Part shown: piece by piece, positions 7,027-15,384 of the stretch
How the letters are laid out: every line of letters begins with the position of its first letter
Position numbering within the stretch: the first letter of the stretch is position 1
IMG/VR virus record: IMGVR_UViG_3300045988_085549
Location: 1 to 36,845 of that record
Length of the DNA: 36,845 bases
Source: a virus
Strand: one strand, 5' to 3'
Notes under the pieces: model-generated
Told to the model about the DNA's origin: nothing
Databases searched by the model: none
The model's input: the letters and a program-made list of their open reading frames with translations, nothing else
Made by a program: the position numbers and the translations under genes

Positions 7027-7210
7027 CAGAAGTCCTCCTTTCTTTAAGGATATTTAGTATTTCTTCTTGATTTTTTATAATCTTTTGAAAATACTCATTG
7101 TCTTGCTTTTGTAACTCTTGCATTAAGTCAGTATTTTTATAATCTTGCATTAATAAAACAAGATTATATACTTGCAAAATTAAAGATGTTGCATCTAAAT
7201 TGTTTCTCAT
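7016..7210 (-). CDS. Small hypothetical helical protein
   Basis: 64 aa. The ATG immediately follows the upstream stop (TAGATG) with no SD, which suggests coupled translation. Confidence 0.5.
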   Translation of the reverse strand: MRNNLDATSLILQVYNLVLLMQDYKNTDLMQELQKQDNEYFQKIIKNQEEILNILKERRTSDGR

Positions 7211-7678
7211 CTAAATTCGACTTATACTGAATGTTGCGTTAGTAATAATTGCCTGTGTAGTTGCTATTGGTGTTGTAGGTGTAGTTGGTGTAGGCACACT
7301 TGGTACACTTTGAACTGATATGTTAGTAGTTCCACGAGGGCATACTCTTAACTTTTTATCAAAAGAAATAGTTTCATAATCATCAGCAGCTGCAATTGTT
7401 ACGGCTCTTACTGTGTCAGGAATTAATACTCCATCTTGAAATAATCCAATAGCCACAACACCAGGGGTAGCCGTACTTACCGAAGCACTAAATTCTACAT
7501 CATAATATCCTGTGTATCCATTACCGAATATTTTAAAATTAGGATTACCGTTTGAATAATCTAACCAACCGTTGCAATTGCAACTAGCACATCTTGTTCT
7601 GATGTCTGTTTCATCAAAAGTTACTGGGCTTGCATTACTTGGCAAAGCAAGAGGCTCATTAATTATAGTTTCAATCAT
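7211..7678 (-). CDS. C1q/TNF-like jelly-roll protein resembling exosporium BclA C-terminal domain/BxpB (tentative)
   Basis: 155 aa. The pattern FKIFGNGYTGYYDVEFSASVSTATPGVVAIGLFQDGVLIPDT...ISVQSV...NATFSISRI resembles BclA-CTD/BxpB-type beta sandwiches. There is an N-proximal CASCNC motif and a Pro/Thr tract PSVPTPTTPTTP. RBS AAAGGAGAA. Confidence 0.35.
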   Translation of the reverse strand: MIETIINEPLALPSNASPVTFDETDIRTRCASCNCNGWLDYSNGNPNFKIFGNGYTGYYDVEFSASVSTATPGVVAIGLFQDGVLIPDTVRAVTIAAADDYETISFDKKLRVCPRGTTNISVQSVPSVPTPTTPTTPIATTQAIITNATFSISRI

Positions 7679-7734
7679 AAATCATTCTCCTTTCATTTTT
7701 GCACTATTTTTTTAAAATATTGTGTATTTTTTAT

Positions 7735-7759
7735 AAAAAAGAGTGGGGCTTGCCCACTC
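7735..7759 (-). terminator. Rho-independent terminator
   Basis: Minus strand reads GAGUGGG-CAAGC-CCCACUC followed by UUUUUU, about 80 nt after the stop at 7840. Confidence 0.75.
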
Positions 7760-7839
7760 ATTGACCATTTTCCCTTTATAGGGAATTTGGTATTTAGCAA
7801 GTTCTCGTAATCGAGCAAGTAGTAGTCTACTCTATGCTA

Positions 7840-8703
7840 TTAAATAAATTGGCTTGTTGTGTTATATCCACAGCCACATCCGTTGTTGTTAGGGCAAGTG
7901 AATATAGGTGTGCGTCCATAAACTGGAGTGCTTGGTACTGGGCAGTTGCTTAATCTGTTATAAAGAGCGTCAACTTCATTTGCAAAACCTTGTGAAATGA
8001 AAGCATTTTGAGCTGTTTGACTAGCTCTTAAATCAGCCATTGTTAATTGTCTTTCTAAGTCACTAATTTTATCGTTTTTAGCGTCTAACTCTAATTGACA
8101 TAACTTATCAAGGATAGCCTGTGTATTAGCTGTTGCATTTGTAATAATATCTCTTGTATTATTTGCATCAGCAAATCTTGTAGCATTACCCTCATTTTGA
8201 ACTATGTTTTGAGTTTGACAAGTAGCTAAACGATTTTCACAGCAACATGAAGCTAAGTCAGAAGCTAAACCTGTTATTGCTCCTGTTATAGCAGTTTGGG
8301 AATTAAATGCTTGTTGCATATCTGCTATTTGTCTAGCATTTGCAGATATTTCAGCTCCAGCAAAACCACTATTTACAGCTTGAACTATATCAGCAGTTGA
8401 CCCACAAATTTGTGTTGATAAGTTGTGAATTGAATCTCTTGCTCCCTCAATTTGATTACTTAGGTGTAAAGTATCAAAACCATCATTAACATTATTGTTA
8501 ATTCCATTTTGACCTGTTAATAGCCAAGGAAACTCGTACATACCATTTCCTCCACCAAATCCACCAAATAATCCTCCATTACCAAGCATACCTAGTGCGA
8601 CTAAACCGATTATCCATTCTCCCATTGAGCTACCCCAACCATTATTATTGCCACCACTGACATCAAAAGTTGGAATTACTCCAGTTGAATTTCCACTGTT
8701 CAT
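7840..8703 (-). CDS. Hypothetical Gly-zipper membrane / Asn-Gln-Ala-Thr-rich helical protein with Cys clusters
   Basis: 287 aa. N-terminal GEWIIGLVALGMLGNGGLFGGFGGGNG. Long N/Q/A/T-rich helical region. 10 Cys, including SCCCENRLATC and the C-terminal FTCPNNNGCGCGY. RBS AAAGGAGAAA. G+C is 38 of 100 nt in a hand-counted sample (8201-8300). Confidence 0.65.
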   Translation of the reverse strand: MNSGNSTGVIPTFDVSGGNNNGWGSSMGEWIIGLVALGMLGNGGLFGGFGGGNGMYEFPWLLTGQNGINNNVNDGFDTLHLSNQIEGARDSIHNLSTQICGSTADIVQAVNSGFAGAEISANARQIADMQQAFNSQTAITGAITGLASDLASCCCENRLATCQTQNIVQNEGNATRFADANNTRDIITNATANTQAILDKLCQLELDAKNDKISDLERQLTMADLRASQTAQNAFISQGFANEVDALYNRLSNCPVPSTPVYGRTPIFTCPNNNGCGCGYNTTSQFI

Positions 8704-8744
8704 AGTCTTTTTCTCCTTTCTATAAATTTATTTATATCAAACAC

Positions 8745-8999
8745 CTATTGAGTGTTGATACCCATTTCATTTTGTATTTCATTCAATACTTCATTAGGAA
8801 AACCTAATCTTTGAGCAGTAATATAAAAATTCTGCATTTGTTGAGGTGTGTAATTTCCAGTTACTTGTTTTAATAACCCCATAGGGCTACTTTGATTTTG
8901 CTTTGCTTGTTCTAGAAACTGAAACATTTGAGGTTGATTTTGTCTTAATTGGTTCATCAATTGTTGTGTCACTTGACCTCTCACTTGTTGATTCATCAT
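8745..8999 (-). CDS. Gln-rich small hypothetical protein
   Basis: 84 aa (MMNQQVRGQVTQQLMNQLRQNQPQMFQFLEQAKQNQ...). RBS AAGGGA lies 8 nt upstream. The first 113 nt overlap the upstream ORF in another frame. Confidence 0.5.
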   Translation of the reverse strand: MMNQQVRGQVTQQLMNQLRQNQPQMFQFLEQAKQNQSSPMGLLKQVTGNYTPQQMQNFYITAQRLGFPNEVLNEIQNEMGINTQ

Positions 9000-9393
9000 T
9001 AATCATCCCTTTCAACTTTTCGTTTTCACTCATTAATTTTTCTATTAAAATATCTTTTTCGTCTTTCGGTATTATTTCCTTAATTTCAAAAGGTCTTATT
9101 TCCCCTTTGGCATTTTTTATATACATTTGTTTATAATCATTTGTTATAAAAGCAGTATCAACTATTGTAAATTCTCTTTTTACATCTTCTATTGAATTTA
9201 CATATTTAATACCATTATTTCCGTTAGGTGCTAATTGTATTGTCTGATTTATAGCTGGTTGTTGTTGATACCTATTAAGGTAATTTTCTTTTTTCTTTTT
9301 TAATAATTCCTCTTCTTTCTCAATTGTTTTTATATAATCATCATTAAAAACCTGCTGATTCATTGGAAAGTTAGGCATATAATTGTTATACAT
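8887..9393 (-). CDS. Hypothetical protein
   Basis: 168 aa. RBS AGGAGGA. The N-terminus is Asn/Gln/Pro-rich (MYNNYMPNFPMNQQ). The last ~37 codons are Ser/Thr-rich and overlap the next ORF. Confidence 0.55.
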   Translation of the reverse strand: MYNNYMPNFPMNQQVFNDDYIKTIEKEEELLKKKKENYLNRYQQQPAINQTIQLAPNGNNGIKYVNSIEDVKREFTIVDTAFITNDYKQMYIKNAKGEIRPFEIKEIIPKDEKDILIEKLMSENEKLKGMINDESTSERSSDTTIDEPIKTKSTSNVSVSRTSKAKSK

Positions 9394-9394
9394 A

Positions 9395-9553
9395 TTATCC
9401 TCCTATGTAAATATTTATTGTTGGTTCTTCTTTATTATCAGATAAAAGAAGTAAACATAATAAAGCTAATACCCAGTTGCTTTCTATATCGTTTGACAAA
9501 TTAGGTGCTTCATTTTCTTGTCTATATTTTTTTAAAAGTTCTTCTATATCCAT
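9395..9553 (-). CDS. Small hypothetical protein (52 aa, not in the ORF track)
   Basis: RBS AGGAGGA plus ATG at 9553. Translation: MDIEELLKKYRQENEAPNLSNDIESNWVLALLCLLLLSDNKEEPTINIYIGG. The C-terminal codons (ATAGGAGGATAA) carry the RBS of the next gene. Confidence 0.4.
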   Translation of the reverse strand: MDIEELLKKYRQENEAPNLSNDIESNWVLALLCLLLLSDNKEEPTINIYIGG

Positions 9554-9566
9554 ATATCCTCCTATT

Positions 9567-9645
9567 AAAAAAGAGAGTGATAATATACTTAATACTTTTC
9601 AAAATGTGTTTTAAACAAATCTAATAAGCGATATTATCTCCTCTC
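9567..9645 (-). terminator. Long interrupted hairpin followed by a U run (terminator-like or regulatory leader)
   Basis: Arms 9573-9586 and 9631-9645 pair as 8 bp + 5 bp with a 1x2 internal loop and a 44-nt apical loop. UUUUUU follows on the minus strand, directly before the RBS of the 9553 gene. Confidence 0.35.
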
Positions 9646-9663
9646 ATGCTTACATTAAACCAT

Positions 9664-9692
9664 AAAAAAAGAACTTAAAATCTTTAAGTTCT
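9664..9692 (-). terminator. Rho-independent terminator after the HNH endonuclease gene
   Basis: Minus strand reads AGAACUUAAA-GAU-UUUAAGUUCU followed by U6-7, starting 4 nt after the stop at 9696. Confidence 0.7.
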
Positions 9693-9695
9693 TGT

Positions 9696-10268
9696 CTAAT
9701 TATTGTCATCTGCATATTTCCATATATAACCACCTGCTGTTTTTCTTTTCCCTCTACATACAGCAGATATACTTGAATTATCTATATTTAAAACTTTTTT
9801 TGCATCTAATATGTATTCAAAGCTATTGATATAATTACCATTTAAATCATATTGTTTTACTTTTCTTTTAAATCTCGGCTTTTCTAAGCCATTTTTATAA
9901 GCGTGTATTTGATTTTCACTATTAGTACACCACTCTAAATTACAAACTCTATTATCAGTTTTTATTCCGTTAATATGATTTATTTGTGGTTTATTTTCAG
10001 GATTAGGTATAAATGCTTGTGCTACTAATCTGTGAATTTTTTCACTTTTTAATTTCCCATCTTTATGTAAAGTATAATTAAGATAATTTTTTTTATCACG
10101 AACTAATTTTATAATAATAACTTTTTCTTTTTTTATTAGACTTTTTAATCTTCCATAATTAGATATTTGATATAAACCTTCATATCCTTTTATATCTTTC
10201 CATATTTCATTTTTTAAATTTGTTAAATCAAACCACTTTTCACTATTTACTTCTACTTGTTCAAACAT
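9696..10268 (-). CDS. HNH homing endonuclease (NUMOD4 + HNH_3 + C-terminal DNA-binding module)
   Basis: 190 aa. WKDIKGYEGLYQISNYGRLKS is NUMOD4-like. INHINGIKTDNRVCNLEWCTNSENQIHA is the HNH core. SISAVCRGKRKTAGGYIWKY is the typical C-terminal motif. Confidence 0.85.
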   Translation of the reverse strand: MFEQVEVNSEKWFDLTNLKNEIWKDIKGYEGLYQISNYGRLKSLIKKEKVIIIKLVRDKKNYLNYTLHKDGKLKSEKIHRLVAQAFIPNPENKPQINHINGIKTDNRVCNLEWCTNSENQIHAYKNGLEKPRFKRKVKQYDLNGNYINSFEYILDAKKVLNIDNSSISAVCRGKRKTAGGYIWKYADDNN

Positions 10269-10288
10269 ATAATTCCTCCTTTAAATGC

Positions 10289-10365
10289 AAAAAGAGTATC
10301 ATATTTCTATACACTACAAGTTTTTACGTTCAATAAGCCTTGTAATGCACAGAAATATAATACTC
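10289..10365 (-). terminator. 27-bp hairpin plus U5: terminator/attenuator immediately upstream of the HNH gene RBS
   Basis: Arms 10294-10320 and 10339-10365. They form 23 Watson-Crick pairs plus 4 positions that are G-U on the minus strand but C-A mismatches on the plus strand. The 18-nt loop is followed by UUUUUGCAUUUAAAGGAGG. Confidence 0.7.
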
Positions 10366-10387
10366 TAATTGCTTATTGAACACATTA

Positions 10388-10416
10388 ATTATACCACAAA
10401 AAAAGGCAATAGTCAA
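10388..10416 (-). promoter_or_regulatory. Sigma-A-type promoter (TTGACT, 17 nt, TGG-TATAAT) firing into the hairpin leader
   Basis: Minus strand reads TTGACTattgcctttttttgtggTATAAT. The predicted start near 10381 is the first base of an 11-nt segment complementary to the hairpin loop. Confidence 0.6.
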
Positions 10417-10631
10417 ATTACCTTTTTTATTTTTTTCTTAATTTTGCTTATTTCTCTACTTATTGTTGATTCACTACAATTTTCTAGCATTGCCATTTTA
10501 GTTATTGAATATTCTTCAAGCCTATAATTTATTATTCTTTCTTGCATGGAAGTAAAATGTATTTTAGATTTTATATAATCTATTTCATCATTAGTAAATT
10601 CTATTTTTAACATTAAATATACCTTTGACAA
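10413..10631 (-). CDS. Small sigma-70 region-4-like / HTH transcriptional regulator
   Basis: FTSMQERIINYRLEEYSITKMAMLENCSESTISREISKIKKKI resembles a region-4/LuxR-type HTH. The track start is TTG (10631); the ATG at 10613 is an alternative. Confidence 0.5.
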   Translation of the reverse strand: MSKVYLMLKIEFTNDEIDYIKSKIHFTSMQERIINYRLEEYSITKMAMLENCSESTISREISKIKKKIKKVI

Positions 10632-10685
10632 GTTTTACATCTTCTACGACCATGTTTGTCTTTTGTTGTTTGCGATTTACGGTAT

Positions 10686-10958
10686 TTAGTTTTTGTCGTT
10701 TTTGTTTGCTTTATCTTTTGTTTCGCCATTATTTATATCTCCATTGCTACCAATAAAATTATTATTACCACTTTCATTTTCTTGTTCTACTTGTTGTGTT
10801 GTGGTTTCTTCCACAGTCCCTATGTCATTTAAAGTATAGACTAAATAACCTATCGTTACAAACCACATAACTAATATTACTAAAATAACAATAAATTGTC
10901 TTTTATTAGCTTTTTTACTATCTTGAAGCAATTCCCAAGCCAAACTTTTTTCTTCCAT
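10686..10958 (-). CDS. Single-pass membrane protein with acidic/Asn-rich tail
   Basis: ATG at 10958 follows AAAGGAGAG (the track start at 10976 is TTG inside the RBS). TM segment FIVILVILVMWFVTIGYLVY. Located directly downstream of the endolysin gene. Confidence 0.55.
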   Translation of the reverse strand: MEEKSLAWELLQDSKKANKRQFIVILVILVMWFVTIGYLVYTLNDIGTVEETTTQQVEQENESGNNNFIGSNGDINNGETKDKANKNDKN

Positions 10959-11011
10959 TTCTCTCTCTCCTTTCAAATTAAATATAATATATATTTATTT
11001 TTTAGTCAAGA

Positions 11012-11947
11012 TTAAACTTCATATAAGAAAGTACTATATACCCAAATATCATGTCCATTAAGTGTTAATTTAGCTGAATTAGTAGGTATATCTATTTCTT
11101 TAACTTCGTAAATATTATCGTTCTTTACCCAACTCACTCCACCTACAACTACATCATCTTGACCATCAGTACTTCCACTTTGATTTACTTCTTTCCAGTC
11201 GTCAAGTGGTATCCAATGATAATCTTTAGCTTTTTCATTGTAATAAGTATTGTAAGACACTCCAGTTAGTTTAGTATTACCAAATAAGTTAGTTCCTCTT
11301 TTAAGAATATCAACTTTAAATACTCCATCAAATCTAACTTTAGAACCTTTGTGTAGAATTTGGTCTTTCTTTTCTCCTTGATCGTCAACAGGTATATTAG
11401 ATAAATATTTCCAATTACCTCCCATACCATAAATAATATTAGTATTATCTACAAAATAACAATCATCTGTATCTGTTTCATTAGGAAAGCAATATATTCC
11501 ATAGCTGTTCTTTTTCCAATTAGAAATATCATATTTATGTTGTGCTATTTCTATATGACAATGTACTCCTGTTGAAGTACCTCCTCCACCTGCTTTATTG
11601 CCCATGTTACCAAGTTGTTCTCCTTGTCTAACTATTTGACCTACTACTGCGTCAAAAGTTTCATCATGAGCTGTTACAAAAGTAGCATAATCTATATTAC
11701 CATTTGCAAATCTAACTTTCTCTAAAGACTGCCACATACCTTGTCCGTTAGATACATCTCTCCATATTAATTTAACATCACAAGGAGCATAGTAAGGGTA
11801 TCTAACTCCTGCATAAGCTCCTCTGACGTCATTCGCCATTGTTCCTCTATGAGTTCCCATATTAGAACCTTGAGTGATGTACATATCTGTAAATGGGCAT
11901 AGGAAGTCTTGTATTCCTCCACGTCTACTTGTCTGACCTTTTCTCAT
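11012..11947 (-). CDS. Endolysin: zinc metallopeptidase (LAS/M23-M15-like) with C-terminal cell-wall-binding region
   Basis: 311 aa. H-x6-D (GTHRGTMANDV) and H-x-H (GVHCHIEI) metal-ligand motifs. Overlaps the holin stop (ATGA-type). Position fits a lysis cassette. Confidence 0.7.
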   Translation of the reverse strand: MRKGQTSRRGGIQDFLCPFTDMYITQGSNMGTHRGTMANDVRGAYAGVRYPYYAPCDVKLIWRDVSNGQGMWQSLEKVRFANGNIDYATFVTAHDETFDAVVGQIVRQGEQLGNMGNKAGGGGTSTGVHCHIEIAQHKYDISNWKKNSYGIYCFPNETDTDDCYFVDNTNIIYGMGGNWKYLSNIPVDDQGEKKDQILHKGSKVRFDGVFKVDILKRGTNLFGNTKLTGVSYNTYYNEKAKDYHWIPLDDWKEVNQSGSTDGQDDVVVGGVSWVKNDNIYEVKEIDIPTNSAKLTLNGHDIWVYSTFLYEV

Positions 11948-12132
11948 TTTTTCATCTCCTTATTAAATTTTTGTCCTAATAAGTAAGTACTTAATACAGC
12001 TATAATAACAGCTATTGTATTTGTTATCTTATCTGCATTGTACCCCCAAATAGGTGCTATTCCAATAATTAAGGCATTGATGATAGCAAGTACATTTAAA
12101 GCATACTTAACTATCTTTTTAAATTTCTTCAT
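11944..12132 (-). CDS. Holin (two TM helices, charged C-terminus)
   Basis: 62 aa. Hydrophobic segments ALNVLAIINALIIGIAPIW and TIAVIIAVLSTYLLG, with a KFNKEMKK tail. Immediately upstream of the endolysin. Confidence 0.65.
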   Translation of the reverse strand: MKKFKKIVKYALNVLAIINALIIGIAPIWGYNADKITNTIAVIIAVLSTYLLGQKFNKEMKK

Positions 12133-12146
12133 AAAACCATCTCCTT

Positions 12147-12425
12147 TTACTTTAACCCTAATTTTGTTACTAATAAACCTAATAGAAGTGCAACAACAAA
12201 GTAGAAAATATAATCTATTAGTTTATCCCATTTCTTGCCTTTTTCTTCTGTTTTACTATCAAGCTTGTCATTTATCGTTTCTACTGATTTTTCAATATTA
12301 CCAACTCTTAAATCCATTTGTTTCATAATAGCGTATGTTTCTTCTACTTTTGCAAGCCTTTTCTCATGATTCTCAAGTTGTTTATCAGTATTTTTAAATC
12401 TTTCTTCAATGTATTTTTCGTCCAT
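12147..12425 (-). CDS. xhlA: XhlA-like lysis-associated membrane protein
   Basis: 92 aa. N-terminal coiled coil plus a single C-terminal TM (YIFYFVVALLLGLLVTKLGL). Architecture and position match PBSX XhlA-type proteins. Confidence 0.6.
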   Translation of the reverse strand: MDEKYIEERFKNTDKQLENHEKRLAKVEETYAIMKQMDLRVGNIEKSVETINDKLDSKTEEKGKKWDKLIDYIFYFVVALLLGLLVTKLGLK

Positions 12426-12441
12426 ATACCTTATCTCCTTT

Positions 12442-13706
12442 TTAATCTAGTTTCCAGTCTTTGTAATACACCACATCAAACTCTACATCTAAACCGCTTT
12501 CGTTAGTTACAGTGATATGGTTTGTGCCCTCAAATAGTTTTATCGCATTAAGTTGATTATATAATGTAGGGTAATTGCTTTCAGTTATTTCTTCTGTTGT
12601 TGGTGTGGCTAGTTGATAATATACTATTATGTTATGTGTTGATAACCAAGTTTTAAAACTTGTTACATCTGTAAAATTACTGTCATATAATGCTAAAAAA
12701 GAAGCACCTAAAGATATAGATTTATCTTTTTTAAAAGTTGTATTAATTATATAATATCTACTCCTACATATATATTTATCACATAGTCCTTGTGGTGCTA
12801 CTGAACCAGTCCAATCTATACCACCAGTTAAAGATGTTTGCAAATAATGATTATAATAAGTCCAATTCTCACTACCATCATAAACAACTTTACCTATTTC
12901 TTTGTATAAATACCATTTACCATTTTGGTTGTATAGTTTGTCTTGATGATCTCCTCTTTTGCATAATTCAAAAGGTAAATCTAATTTATATTCTTTTTCT
13001 TCAGTTCCTTGTGTAATATTTACAGTGGTTTCACCATTTATGTTTACTATATCTTGTGGATAATCAGGACTAGGTGAAGCTGTTTCACCCGTGTATTCTT
13101 CATAATCGGTGGCTTCCGACCCTTCTTCTAACATTACATTAAATATATCAATACTTCCCCCAGTTAAACGAGTTGTAATATATACATATATAGCACTTTT
13201 ATTTGTTATCGTTGCTGTAATTTTGCCTTCTGTAGCTGATGATGATGTTGCCAATGCTATATATTCATTATCCCGCCTAAGCATTATAACAGCGCCAGTT
13301 GATGAAAAAGTTGGTGAATTATATTTATAATCAAAACTTAATGTATATGTTTTAGTGTTATCTATACTATAATTATTAATTAGGTATTGGTCAAATCCTT
13401 TTGGTGTAATCGTTCTATCTTCTACATTTATTTTATTTTTCCCAGTAGTACTCTTTTGATATGTATTCCCATATTGATTAACCAACGCTTTCATGTCAAC
13501 ACCGTCGCTAATATCAACTGTGTTTGTAGCATTTACTGTTTTGGTAGGTATCAATGATTTATATTTTTCATTATTATTACTTATTTTTTCTGCATATTGT
13601 CGGAATGTAGTATTATCATTTATTACTTCAAAATCTTCATTAATAGCTTCTTTTATCGCTTGTTTTGTACCATTAAGGTAAGTTAATTTGTCTGCTATTG
13701 TTCCCA

Positions 13707-13707
<1 letters not shown>
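12442..13707 (-). CDS. Tail fibre / receptor-binding protein
   Basis: 421 aa. The N-terminal GTIADKLTYLNGTKQAIKEAI motif is common in Firmicute phage fibres. A central jelly-roll-like segment ends in NVMLEEGSEATDYEEY. It is the last structural gene before lysis. Confidence 0.65.
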
Positions 13708-14845
<1,138 letters not shown>

Positions 14846-14849
<4 letters not shown>

Positions 14850-15382
14850 TCTGAACCTCCAATATCATAAGCAAGCACTTTTTTTATTGTTATATTATTA
14901 TTATTACTATATTTTATCAAATCAGAAGCCAATTGAAATTCTCCAGAACCACTTAGCGTAATATTTCTGCCACTAAATGTATACTTAGCATATTTTGCGT
15001 AAAGACTAATGTCTGTGACCATATCATTATAATTACAAGTAACTGTAAAATTAAGAGCATAATTTGTAAAAACTTTTTGGCTAGATAAACCACCATTGTT
15101 ATCTTGAAAATAAATTTCAAAATAATTATAATTACTGACATCATCTGAAAGTATATTTGTTCCACCTTTAGTAGAACCATCAAAAATTTCTACTGCTTTT
15201 TTGCTAAAATTATTTTTTACTCTTTCTAATACTTCATATTCACTTCTATTAAGATGATAAGCACTTAAAGAAGTCCCATCGCCATATACTGCTGGTGTTA
15301 CATAATGTTTTACACCATCTATTTCTATATAGGCTTGTTCTATCAACTCGCCTTGTACCCATTCAAAAGGTAAATCATCCAT
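14846..15382 (-). CDS. Tail/baseplate-associated structural protein (by position)
   Basis: 178 aa. 4-nt overlaps with both neighbours inside the tail module. No recognised motif. Confidence 0.45.
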
Positions 15383-15384
15383 AT

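Noticed and set aside
9554-10412. Group I intron carrying the HNH endonuclease
   Set aside because: The flanking ORFs (10413..10631 and 9395..9553) are complete, unrelated small genes rather than halves of a split gene. The flanking hairpins are followed by U runs like terminators.
14953-15183. Minus-strand alternative-frame ORF inside 14846..15382
   Set aside because: Nested, no RBS, and an Ile/Leu/Met-rich nonsense-like sequence.
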